The notes under the pieces: generated by a model
What the model saw: the letters and a program-made list of their open reading frames with translations, nothing else
The model's database searches: none
Told to the model about the DNA's origin: nothing
Origin: Takakia lepidozioides
Taxonomy: Eukaryota; Plantae; Bryophyta
Direction of reading: 5' to 3'
Assembly: GCA_030704615.1 (NCBI GenBank)
Contig: CM060732.1
Location: 61,380,001-61,444,000 of the forward strand
Length of the DNA stretch: 64,000 nucleotides
Made by a program: the position numbers and the translations under genes
Shown: piece after piece, positions 50,247-62,503 of the stretch
How the letters are laid out: each line of letters opens with the position of its first letter
Numbering within the stretch: position 1 is the stretch's first letter

Positions 50247-51668
50247 GACAACCATCGAGGTTGCAGTGTTGTAAAACCTTCACATGTTGCCTGTTTACAC
50301 TAGAGTGACCATGCCCACCTTGAATGTTGGGAGAACAGAGGCTTTATTTGTGCATTTGTGCGGGGGATAAAAGGCAATGCAATGCAGTATAGAAGCTGGA
50401 CCAGGGGAGGTGGAAGACAACTGTCATGGGTGCTACTTGTTAAGCTCTTGGTGTGCAAATGTTGAAGTGAGAAGGTTGGAGCAAGTGGAATCTATTGTGT
50501 TATGCCATCTTACTGCTTTCAGTTGGGAAGGTGGACACCAGGATTGGGTGGGTGTGGACACCATCTGGGTGTATGGGTGGTTTCGGAAACCAGACCGACC
50601 TAGACCTGCCCCTACAGAATGGGGGAAGGCAAGAACTGGCTAGATGCAGCATAGAGCCCTCCTTCCGGTTTCTTGCACAGTCCCTAAAACCCTCTGGTGT
50701 GATCTTTGGTCTTTGCCCAAATGTAAAACCTCCTTTATCTTACCTATTGTCCAAATCTTTAACTTCAATCTTTCACATTAAGTTAATCTAGTTGTTCACA
50801 TGTGCCAAAACGTTTAAAGGCAAAATAATAATGTAGTGGTACAATAACTTTATTAGTGGTTTTTTAAAAAGAATCTCTTGGGCGGCAACTCCTTTACAGA
50901 GGGAGGGGAAAAATTAACCCCCTCTCATATAAGCCATGAAGCATGCAAGAGGTGCCATCTCCACAAAACCAAACCACACAACAGATTTGAGCCCCAAACC
51001 ACTTGGATGAGTAGATGACACCAAGTGCATTAAGTTACTAAATTGCTGATGTGTACTTTTTAAGATAATTACTAATAAATTTCCAGGTCTTTAGATCAAA
51101 TATACCCTATGAAGATTTCTCGAGTGGAAAATCATAGACCTGTCACAAACTGACTCAGGTTGTCGTGCAACCTGGAGAGCATTGACCTTCTATAAACCTC
51201 CTGATCAGACTGTCAATCAGAGGTGTGACAGTCTCAAGGTTCCATGGAAGTCCAGGAAACCTGGTGAAAGGCGCATGCAGGCCCAAGTTGATTATTGCCT
51301 TAGGTAACATAGAGAGCAGGTTTTACTATCGCATATCCTATCACGCGCGTTCTCAGGTTATCTCCACATAGCCGTATTAATTTCTCGCTGACTCCTTTGG
51401 CAAACCAGTGGCAAAGTGGACATGATTGCATTATTTGGCTCAATCCGTGCTCCAGATAGAATACATGTCTCTCTCATATGTGACATGCACACACACTTCC
51501 CTCCAACAGCAAATCAACGGAGAGAATCGAAGGTATGCTTAGGAGTTCACACAGAGGAATGAAGAGAAATATGTGAAATAGAAGCGAGGGGGGAAACATA
51601 CAAACTGCCGTGTTGGACAGTGGAGAGAGAATGGGCATCCAGTTTATATTGTAGTGTCGGGTTGTTAC

Positions 51669-52671
51669 CAGTGTTGGGAGGATACCCTTTTTCTGCCATC
51701 ATACCCTGAAGGTAAAACCCAATAAGGGTATATGGATATACCCTACCCTGGAAATTCCAAAATACCCTTACCCTACCCTTGTCAGGGGTAATTATTTTTG
51801 TTATACCCTTAATGGATTATACCCTGGGGTTTGAAATTTCGAAGGATACCCTTACCCTGAGGGTAAATCTGTTCAATGGACGGGTAATAGGGAAGGGTAT
51901 AATAATTTGATTACTAGGGGTTTAGGTTTAGGTGTGGTATTTGCTAAAGCGACCTCATTATGATCAAATGTGTTGTTTTGTTATTATATTTTAGGGCCAT
52001 TAGAGGAGCATTAATGAGGGCTAAAATTTTGCTATTCCGAAGCCACATAAAAAATAAACAAAAATATAAATAAAAGGCATATCCCGTTAAATTCTATATA
52101 ACGGGGATGTTATATAGTTGAAATGCTTTGTCTTGGTTAGGCCCTCTGGCAATATATCCCCCCCCCCCGGGAGGTTTTGGTTCTTAGTTAACTCCTGCTT
52201 TCCCCCCCCAACTCCCTACGAGTGCTGGGTGTTCCCCATGTGATACACCTTGGTCCCTTAGGAGGTTATTTTTTCCTCCTCTCTGTTCTCATTTTGCCAC
52301 TCCAATAAAGTTTTTGTAGGGCATCTGTCCCTTTTATCACCCAAAAAAAGCTTTATTCTAAGTATTTAATCAAATTCACAAATTAAATTTAAAAATAATA
52401 ATTTACCCTTTATAATTACCCTGGGATATCCTGAGGATATAAAAATGGTACCATTATCCTGCAATTACCCTTACCCTCATGGTATATGTGGCACCCAATA
52501 CCCTTACCCTGAGGGTAAATGTTTACCAAAAATTTATATATACCCTTACCAGGAGGGTAAATGTTTTCAAAAAATAGATTGTACCCTTACCCTGAGGATA
52601 AGTTTGACCCCCAAAATCATGTATACCCTTACCCTGAGCGTAGAAAAAATCAATATACCCTCCCAACACTG
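51669..52671. mobile_element. Non-autonomous hAT element (~1.0 kb)
   Basis: TIR CAGTGTTGGGAGG(A/G)TA (15/16). 8-bp TSD GTTGTTAC / ATTGTTAC. Dense subterminal TACCCTTACCCTG repeats at both ends. Confidence 0.92.
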
Positions 52672-53438
52672 ATTGTTACTGTGTAAGTGCTTCTTTTACG
52701 CTCTCTGGTCGTGCACATGCACCTTGAGGGCAGAATTCTCAAATCCAGAAAAGTAAAGACAGGCCTGCCGAAGGAACCTGCTGTGAAGCTTGTCATGCTC
52801 ATCTGTCGCTTCAAGTTTCAACATGCCCTCCTCCCACAATAGTATGGCTGAGTTTTCTGACACAAAGGTGTCTTCAAAGTAATCGTTGAGATTATCTGCA
52901 TTTGATGGATCTACAGAGCTTATTGATGACACGGCTCATGGAGGGGTGAAGGACTCAACCAGTATCACCCTGGTTGTGCACAGGTAAGCCACAAACACCC
53001 AACCAGTGACCTACCTGCACAAGTGCATGAAAGAAGGGGCAGAATGGGAAGGTAGGGAAAAGGGACTCGAGGAAGTTTCATGCTCCACAATTTTTACAGA
53101 TTCACAATGGATACTCAATATGCATGTAAAATGTAATGACTCCTCTGTATTTTCCACAAGCATAGCATCTTCACTAACAATAACTTCAAATTTTCAGGCA
53201 GCCCATAAGCAACAGTAACTGATCTCGCGAAGACCTAGCTCACCTATCTTCAGCTCACCTCTACGCAGGCGTAGACAATTTTAGTATAAAAAGTGCTGCC
53301 GCCTGCATCTTCAACTTACAAACTCTGTACCAACTTCGATGGCATGGGCTATGGCACCCCCTATTCTCTCTTTTTCTCCTGCAAAACCCACCCTCAAAGC
53401 ACCAATATAGGAGGCCACTGTGTCTGGCCAACATGGAA

Positions 53439-56226
53439 CTATAGCGTGAGGGAATAGGCAACAGTTGTATCTGGCAGCCAGCTCTGGCCAGAGATAAAGT
53501 TGCCTGCACTGAACTGATTTGCTTCAGCTGCCCCAATTTGCTTGGACCATTTGACCCGACCAGCAGAACCGGCTCCTGGGCCTGTGTTTGCATATTCTGC
53601 ATAGTAGGCCCTATCTCCAGAACCAGGGGCATTGTTCCATAACAACCATCCTGCCGGATTGATTAAGCTCCCAAGAGTGGATTTGATAAACACAGTCCGG
53701 GCATATGTCTTCCAGGGGCGGCCCAGGTATGTGGGGAACTTTGCAGTCCCTGCGGTTTGTAGGTCAGAGTTGGCATCCAATGTACAGGAGAGGAAGGACA
53801 ACCCAGTGTTTTGGGAAGGGTCCGATCGCCCACTTGCTGTGTATGTATTTTGTTGGGAAGGAAGGCCAGCCCGGGCTAGTAGCTTGCAATTCTGGAATAC
53901 TGCTGCTGAATTCCCAAAGATGTAGTCCACAGTTCCCAGTATTGTACACTGGGTGTAGAATTGGCGCAAAGATAGTGTATACAGTGTATCCTGGAACAAT
54001 GCATATGGCACCAGTAGGGCAACAGCACAGTGAGTTGAGGGAAGCCAAAAATGTGGATCTTAAGGTGACAGATATGCTAAGGACATGTTGTTGGAAATTG
54101 CAAAGGTGGTTGTGAGATGTGGTGGGAGCAAAGAGGTACCTGGTATCCCTCGATAGATAAGCCAGAGAAGGCAGATTGGTCAGAAGACACGCGCAGAGCC
54201 ACAGCTTGCATGCCCTTAGCTCCAGCTGTGTTCCGAATGGTGAGGTCCCTGGCGATGAATCCCTGTCCCAACACAGCTGATGGACACAACCAAGCACAGT
54301 AGTTCAGAGTCAGTGGTGACCATGTTTTGTAGTTCTTCACCCAGAGGTCTTTATTATTCTGGGCTCTTTCCTATCTGCTTCTATCCACATGCGCGCAAAG
54401 GGTTGCTAATTTGCCAAGCCTATTGAGGGACGCGAAAAAAATGAGATAGTAACTATGTCACCGAGGCCTAGAGAGTGAGAGGGAAGAGGTGTTGAGGTGT
54501 TGAGGTGGTCAGATATACACATGCACAAGTGAACAGTGCAAAGGACAATATCGGTACCCACCGAGAGTGGCAGTCAAGAAAGTGGTCACTTGGCTCCCAG
54601 CCACACTCTTGCTTCCGGATAGTATGGTGGCGCCTGCTCCATCACCCAGGAACATGAGGTTATGCTTCGTCTTAGGAACTGTGACATACTCATTGTAGAC
54701 TCCCCGTTTGATGTGTATAACATGGCGGGCAATGCCTGTGGGGGCGGCGTCCACTGCAGCCTGGATGCTCTTGTACTGACCGCTTCCGTCCAGCGCAACA
54801 GTAACATCCGGAGTGGGGATGATAGTGCCAGCCTGCAAGAGGCGGCGGTCTCCCACACTGAGCCATTTGGGATAGGAGTCCAGGGTGCTGGGGTCCTCTT
54901 CCATATCATACGGGGTATCTCGCTGCGGGTGAAGTGACTCGAGAGATTCATCAGACAGCAATAGGCGCCGATGGAAAGGATTGAGGCTTTTCCAATTAGA
55001 TACTTTCGAGAGAATGTTCACCAAGGAAAGGGCATTACTTAGTAGCTCAGTACCATGTACTCCCTGAGTTCCGTTCACCTGGTTTTGGACATTTCCTGCG
55101 CCAAACTCCTTAAGGTTCTCCAGACAAGTGTCCTGGTAAGTTAGTGATGCGCTCATGAAGGTCTGTATGTCCCCCAACTCGGACTTGAGAGACAATATGC
55201 TCAGGTCGGCGACGCGAAAAATGGAAGTGTTAAGCTGGTCGAGTGAGTCGGCCAGGACCTCCTTACACACATCTAAAGCGGAAGTTTGTGTTCCATTCGG
55301 AGATGATGCCGAATCCCTCAACTGTGATACTACATGCATAGAATCGTTCACAGCTTGCATTGCAGCCTTCATGGCCATGAGCACATATTTCTGAGGGCCG
55401 CCGTTGGCCACACCAGAGAGAGTTGAGTTGCACACATCTGGGTACCTAATGGTCATAGATCCATTTTCAGAACAGCACTGTCCCAGTGAGTGACTACGTA
55501 TTAAAAGGTGTGGCAATGAGGGCGTACTTTGGTTTACAGCTAGACAGATTAAGAGTTTAACAGCTCGGTTGTGGGGAGCAGACGTCAGACGTCAAGTGCA
55601 CAATTGAGGCCAGGATCCAAGGGGGGGCATCCAGTGCAAAAGACCTGAGCACCCACACTGACACTAATGACTTCGCTTGTCCATCCAGGTGGCTCAGGTC
55701 AAGCAGTGAAGTTCCGAAAATAAGCTACGTTGAGTAATGTAGGTCTTATTAATGCTATTCAGAGCTGAAGTTTTTCAGTTGGCTCAGCTTACAACATCCA
55801 CTGCACCTGCATCTCCGAGGATTAAAACCTGTTCTCAACTGCTGGAGCTCTCTTGAAGTCATCGTTTTCCATAAGTGGACCATTCAGATGCAAAGAGAGT
55901 TGAAACAAGTCAGACCCTACTCTACGTAATAGGAGTCCATGAGAGAGAAACCACAGATCAACACATGAGCGGATCAAATGAGCGGCCACCTACAAGGTTC
56001 CACTGCAGACTGCTGAGACCGAATTGGAACCAACAGTGTCCCCGCTGCCCGAATCGTTATGCTTGTGCGCACGAGTTACCCCCACGGCAGTGCCAACGAC
56101 AGCACCCACCAGCACGAGCACACCTACAAAGACAGCGATACAACGCGCTTTTCGTGATGATTTTCTCTGTACATGCTTTTCGGTTTGTCCTCCTGCGGTA
56201 GCAACGTCGACCTTGGAGTAAGTCAT
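53439..56226 (-). CDS. Type I pectin methylesterase (TM anchor + PMEI pro-domain + PME), 4 exons, ~601 aa
   Basis: Exons 56226-55994, 55445-54562, 54276-54140 and 53990-53439 with consistent phases. RRLL processing motifs (HRRLL, DRRLL) and GVYNE, QAVALRV, YQDTLY, DYIFG, LGRPWK. Confidence 0.95.
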
Positions 56227-59200
56227 GACGTTCTTGGCCTCCCTCTACAGCTTTCGACCTGGAGTTCTCCCTCCCACCATAGACCGGGTTTGAATACCTT
56301 TCTATCAGACCTCCTTGTGGAGGTTGTTTCTAGTGGCCTGTTTAGGCTCTGTCGGTCCCTAAGCTTACCCGCAACACAAGCGGATGCGTCTGAAGTGGAC
56401 AAGTAATACCTATAGTTGAACTGAATGTGATGTAAAATCTGCTATCATAGGTACTACCTCTCTTCAACACATGCATTAGCTCCGCACATCCCAGTTCCTG
56501 TGTCTTTTCTAGGTGGTGAGCTGCTTGGAGCTCTTATTTCGTATTTCAAAAACACGGGCTTGCAGTCAACACGGATCAAACACTCCGGTATTTGTAAGAG
56601 TTACTCCTCAGTGGGTATTTCGAAGTTTTCTCTCTCTCTATTTCGAGGAGATGAACTCGGAGGAGTGTGTTCCCTGTCCCTAGAATCCGGAAGAAGTGCG
56701 CAGGCACAGACCAAGTTCCAACAACGCATTGAGGAAACATTCACACTGACTGCGCTGCCACCCATGTGCCCAACGTGCCATGTCAGACATTTACTCTCCA
56801 CATTATTATCTTCTTGTTGGGCTGCCCAACTGCCCGGGTCCCCACCGCTACTCCAACCTTCGCTTATGATATATGCTCCGTTTCTTCACCATTTCTGTCG
56901 GTGCTGCATTCCTTGCTCAACCCATATCTGCGACCCATTCCCATATCTGCGATCAGCCTAAGGATTTCAATCGCAGCTCCAACAAGGATTTTGGATCGCT
57001 GGGTGTATCATCTCAATGCCGTTTCGGGCTGTCGACGTGCGGTAATGGCAGCCTGCAAATTGCGTGCTTGGCCGAAGTATTCTTTACTTTCCCGCCTACA
57101 TATTTCAAACACCAAGTGATTTGACGTGGTTCCATCTCCGCAAATCACTACATTAAAGTGAAGGAAGAGAGTATAATAAAGCATCCAACAAAGGAGGACG
57201 TACTCCACGATGGACTCATTTGTCCCAAAACACTCTTAAGGCCCATACAAACTTGAGATTACCATAGTGAGAAGTCACAACCATGACTTTTTACTGCACT
57301 AAAGAATCCTTAATATGACCTATTCTTTGGGTGAAAGTTCACTATTCTTGCAATAAAGATAAAGATAAGTTAAGTTTCTTGCACTAGAAAGGGGTAATGA
57401 AGGTGCTGAGCTTGAATAAACACGACGTGGTTAAAAATTTCAGACTCACACTTGACGGACATGCAACAACATCATCTCCCAATACGACCTACTTTTATTT
57501 CTTACAAAGGAATGGTCAGTTGCGCTTTGCACACAAGTGCTTTTGAACAACAACTGTGACTTTGCCATTGCAAGTGCAAAGCCTACTAGAACACACAGGA
57601 GGGAAAATCTCTCCCCCTTGCTCAGGCAACTGTTGAATACTCTGATCTAAGTTGTTGGATCTGGATCCTGAACTGGACAGTAAAGGTAAGACCACAACTG
57701 GAGGGACACTCCTGCAATATAGTAGCCCACTCCACCATCCCCATCTCTTCTCGTCTGCTCCAAATTATCTGCTCCTACCAGACCAATTGCAGGGTCTATA
57801 GTCTCAAGCATATCGCATCTCTGTTGAGTCCACCTATTCATCATCTTGAGAAGAAAGGCATGGCCGCTATGCTCTTTCTCTACTGTGTCCCTAGGGCCTC
57901 CCACAGACGTTCAAAAAGAAATCTTTCTACCCTTCTGTGTTTGGCCCAAACTGGGCACGGCAAAGGCTGGAGCTAGAAGTGAGATTGCATATTCCGCATG
58001 CAAGCCATAAAGCGAGGGATGATGACTTCCGCACAGCTGATAAACTCACCCAGATGGATAATCATATTCTTGATCGTAGAAGGCAAATACAGAAGGTCCC
58101 AAGAGTTAGTTCCAGCACAAACCAATATTCACTCTGGACCCATCACTGAGATTCCTCTCTATATAAATCATCTTAGGGCCCCGTTACACATGAGAATGCT
58201 AACCATGCATCCCCGGACAAAACATGTGGTTTCAGCATGTTATGACACCCTCCGGACATAAAAAGTCAGCAGGTATGACATTCAGTCGTTCAGATCATAT
58301 AGCTTACAAGGTGATGGATACCATTAATATATGCAGAGTTACAAACAGCATAGAGTTTCTGCACTCTTTACAGGCGACCCGGAGATAGTTGCTTTGACAT
58401 TTGAGAGGTATGATAACCAATTTGCACCAGCAGCAGGTTATTTCCTTGTTCTGCTCTCCCCAAGTCAGATACGCCCTTGAAATTGACTTAAAGAGTTCCA
58501 AGATCCCACAGAGTGATGTAACACTGTCTGTCAAGGACTCGCAATGCCTGTTAGATAACATTCAGTCAGTGAATGCCTCTAATCGTCAACTTCCCCTTCA
58601 ATTCACGCCCTTGCGCAAGCAAAAAACCATTCAAAACCTTGTTTCGGCACAAATAAATGTCTAGGCAAGCTCAGATGCATTGCCCCTAACAGGTATGCCT
58701 AAGGTCTTGCTATCTTTTCACATCTCTTGCACCCTGAATAGCCCACTTCATCATCAACTTGAATCAGAGGCATACTGATTATCCATTGCCCATCCACTGA
58801 AACCAATCCAATACATGATTTCCTTGATATTTCTGGCCATCCGGGCATCGTATAAGAATATCTGCAACAGGGTTCCGTCAAGAATTTCTGAAGCCTGACT
58901 TATAGCCAGCATCTGCTACAAACGTGTTTTGATGGCTTTTACTTCCTCAGCTCTTTTCACATGGTTGGTTGTCCATTCATCCATATTCTTACATGTAACA
59001 CTGCCTTCTCCCAATCCCACACATCCCTCCAAGGGACCTTGCTGCCACTCCGTTGGTAATCTTTTCTGATTTCCTGCTTTGCTCAACGCATTAGACTTCC
59101 CTCTCTTATAGGAACTTGCATAGTCAATGATTACTTTACCAACCCTCAGCGCCCCTCTTGACATTAAGTTTGTCTTCTCTCTTATGCATATAGGACTTCC

Positions 59201-59541
59201 CTGTTGGCTTCTCGTCCATTGGGAAGGAAAGCCCACCCAGAAATCTTTAAAGGACAACTAAAATGGCAGGCTAGGTCGTAGTAATTTTGTGAACTAGAAA
59301 AGCAGAGGCCACAGGAAGAGTATTATGAGGATAGCCTCAACATTACAGCAGTTGCTGAGGGGCTTGCAGGGCCTGAGACATCTCCCTCCTGAGATAGCCG
59401 CTCGTGCAGAGATGGAATCAATCCTTTTGTATTTATGTCATTGTGTATTGAGCATGAAGTTGAGCTGAGATTTCCTCTTTTATAGTAATGCAAAATTGGG
59501 TAATATTGCTCATGTTTTCCACAACCCAAATACATTGATCA

Positions 59542-62115
59542 TCACCAATAATCCCCACACGAACACTCCCCATTCTGGAAATGATGAAAGCGGTTGGAAT
59601 CCCTTGCAACAATTTCTCGCCCAACAATCTTGGAGATGAGCTTGGTAGCAGCATGGCAGTCGCCACATATCCGTAGGTTCTTCATAATCCGGAGAGGAGT
59701 CCCAGGGGCTGTGTTGATAAGCCCAAAAGCAATGGCAAGCTTTTCACTGTGGTGCCATAGAGCCCTCTCCTTCGTCTGCTTATCCACATCATGCAAGACA
59801 AAGCGTGTGTCAGGAACATATCCCGCCTCTTTCATCTGCCTGGTCAATATTTCCAACTCGGCATAGATCTCCTCTGTTTGCGTGTGTGATCTATCATCTA
59901 CAATGAATGTGTGCACCTTGTTCTTGACCTCAATCCAGCTGCACCCCTGCTCCTTTCTCACACCTCGGTTCTCCATTGTTTTCCTCAATTTTGTTGCATC
60001 ATTCCACCTGCCAGCTGCGGCGTAAGTGTTTGCAAGCAGCACATACACTGCAGCATTTTGTGGTTCCAACTTGAGAATGCTTTCTGCAGCACGTTCTGCC
60101 ACCTCCACATTGCCATGGATCCTGCAGGCACCAAGTAAGGCCCCCCACATCAAGGCGTCTGGTTCAAATGGTAATTTGTTGATGAAGCCCTCTGCCTCGT
60201 TCAAGCGGCCTGCACGGGCAAGAAGGTCAACCATGCAGCCATAGTGTTTGCAAGTTGGTGTAATGCCATGATCTCGACTCATAGAGAGGAATTGATGATG
60301 GCCTTCATCTACCAAGCCCACATGGCTGCATGCAGAGAGAACACCGGTAAATGTGATGTTGTCTGGCTTCCTCCCCTCTAACTGCATTAGTTGGAAAAGT
60401 TGCAGTGCCTCCTTACCACGCCCATGCTGGGCATATCCTATAATCATTGCATTCCATGAAATGTGGTCTCGTTCCAGAATTTTGTCGAACATTTGACGTG
60501 CATACCCTAGACTCCCACACTTGGCATACATGTCAACTAGGGCATTACCCACTATGACCTCTGACTCAAATCCAGATTTGATGATGTGGGCATGGACCCA
60601 CTTCCCCTTTTCCAGGGCTGCTAAGCTTGCGCACGCAGTGAGGGTGTTAATGAAAGTGACCTTGTCAGGCTTCATGCCTTCACTTTGCATTTGCTGAAAG
60701 TATTCGCAAGCCTCCATGCCATGACCATGCTGAACAAGTCCCCCAATCATTGCATTCCATGTGACCACATTTCGTTCAGGCATTCTCAGGAACATTCGGT
60801 GTGCATCCACCACACTTCCGCACTTGAAATACATGCTGACAAGGGCAGTCCCCACTTGTATATCTGACTCAACTCCAGCATTGATGATGGCCTCATGGAG
60901 CAGCTTGCCCTGTTCCAGAGCTTCGGGGATGGCACATGCATTAAGGATGCTAATGAAAGTGACCTTGTTTGGCTTCATCCCTTCTTGTTGCATTTGAAGG
61001 AAAAGTTCAAATGCCTGACCATGATCATGCTGCGCAGAGCCTGTAATCATCGCAGTCCATGAGACCACATCTCGATTAAGCATTCTGTCAAATACTCGTC
61101 GGGCATCCACCACACTCCTGCACTTGCAATACATGCTGACAATGGTGGTCGCCACTTGGACATCTGATGATAATCCAGCTTTGATTATGCCCAAATGGGC
61201 CTGCTTGCCTTGTTCCAGATTTGCCTGGGTGGCGCATGCATTGAGGATGCTTATGAAAGTGACTTTGTTGGGCTTCATGCCTTCTTTTTGCATTTGCTGG
61301 AACAGTTCAAATGCCTCTTCACCATGACCATGCTGGACAGATCCTGCAATCATCACAGTCCATGAGACCACATCTCGAATCGGCAGTTTGTCAAACACTT
61401 GGCGAGCATCCACAAGACTCCCGCACTTGCAATACATGCTAACAAGGGCAGTCCCCACGTGGACATCCGACTCCAATCCAGCTTTGATGATGCCCGAATG
61501 GAGCCTTTTGCCCTGGATCAGGGCTACTGGGCTGGCACATGCATTCAGGATGCTCATGAAAGTGACCTTGTTTGGCTTGGCGCCCTCCCGTTGCATTCGC
61601 CAGAAGAGTTCAAATGCCTCTTCACCATGTCCTTGCTGAGCTAATCCAGCAATCATCGCAGTCCATGAAACCACATTCCGTTCAGGCATTATGTCGAACA
61701 CTTGGCGCGCATCCACAACACTCCCGCACTTGCAGTACATACTGAGGAGGCTGTTTCCTAGGAAGATGTCGAGCTTAAAGCGACTTTTGATGATATGGGA
61801 ATGGACCCCCTTGCCATCTGCCAGAGCCTTCATCTTAGCAAACCCCAGCAAGAGACGAGCACAGACATCAGAGTATGCCCGAAAGCCTCGTTGCTCCACC
61901 AGATCCAGATTGTGGACTGCCTCCTTCAATTCTCTCTCAGCGCTCGCATTCCAAATAAATCCGCAACTGTCGTTATCTTCATTGCTTCCACCCCTCTCTC
62001 GTCTTCGGCCACCATTACAACTAGAGGTGATGGTGGCAATTCCGAGATTCCTATTCTTGCCCCGACTTTGGGGCCCAACAAACGACTGGGTCTGATGCCA
62101 GACTTGCAATCCCAC
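59542..62115 (-). CDS. PLS-E1-E2-DYW pentatricopeptide repeat protein (organellar C-to-U editing factor), intronless, 857 aa
   Basis: 17 PPR motifs (L-S-P x4, L-S, P2-L2-S2), E1/E2, a PG-box variant QGCSWIE, HSEKLA, CGDCH and C-terminal CSCGDYW. Confidence 0.96.
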   Translation of the reverse strand: MGLQVWHQTQSFVGPQSRGKNRNLGIATITSSCNGGRRRERGGSNEDNDSCGFIWNASAERELKEAVHNLDLVEQRGFRAYSDVCARLLLGFAKMKALADGKGVHSHIIKSRFKLDIFLGNSLLSMYCKCGSVVDARQVFDIMPERNVVSWTAMIAGLAQQGHGEEAFELFWRMQREGAKPNKVTFMSILNACASPVALIQGKRLHSGIIKAGLESDVHVGTALVSMYCKCGSLVDARQVFDKLPIRDVVSWTVMIAGSVQHGHGEEAFELFQQMQKEGMKPNKVTFISILNACATQANLEQGKQAHLGIIKAGLSSDVQVATTIVSMYCKCRSVVDARRVFDRMLNRDVVSWTAMITGSAQHDHGQAFELFLQMQQEGMKPNKVTFISILNACAIPEALEQGKLLHEAIINAGVESDIQVGTALVSMYFKCGSVVDAHRMFLRMPERNVVTWNAMIGGLVQHGHGMEACEYFQQMQSEGMKPDKVTFINTLTACASLAALEKGKWVHAHIIKSGFESEVIVGNALVDMYAKCGSLGYARQMFDKILERDHISWNAMIIGYAQHGRGKEALQLFQLMQLEGRKPDNITFTGVLSACSHVGLVDEGHHQFLSMSRDHGITPTCKHYGCMVDLLARAGRLNEAEGFINKLPFEPDALMWGALLGACRIHGNVEVAERAAESILKLEPQNAAVYVLLANTYAAAGRWNDATKLRKTMENRGVRKEQGCSWIEVKNKVHTFIVDDRSHTQTEEIYAELEILTRQMKEAGYVPDTRFVLHDVDKQTKERALWHHSEKLAIAFGLINTAPGTPLRIMKNLRICGDCHAATKLISKIVGREIVARDSNRFHHFQNGECSCGDYW

Positions 62116-62503
62116 CTCCCTGCATAATGAAAATCCGACATATCAATACAAGCGTATCGTTTTGTTTGACTCAAACAGCAGAAGAGAGATGGAAAAGAGC
62201 ATACCCGACACTCCAAATGTCTCTTTGCAAGCCCATGCCAAGGACAGACCTGGAGTGGCAGCTGATTGAAGGTCCCCTGCACCTTTCATCTTCTGCACTC
62301 GTCTCTTTGCTCAGTTGCGCTCCAATGCTTGCGATCTTCCGCTCGCTGCAAACGCCAACACTCGAATCTGTGATGTTCACACTTCACACGCTCTAAGAAA
62401 CAAAAATCTAAGGTTAAGGATTTTATTCACATGTCCACACAAGCTCCATCTCTTATTACGCAATGATTTTGTCAACAATATTCAAGTGTTTGTAGAACGT
62501 TAA

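Noticed and set aside
52696-52932. 78-aa ORF downstream of the PME gene
   Set aside because: No recognisable homology or supported exon chain.
56500-59500. Short ORFs between the PME and PPR genes, and likewise at 7.9-11.8 kb
   Set aside because: No motifs and no consistent exon structure. Probably UTR or intergenic.
59542-59960. U-to-C (DYW:KP / GRP) editing domain
   Set aside because: It has HSE, the CSWIE box and a terminal DYW, matching the canonical C-to-U type.
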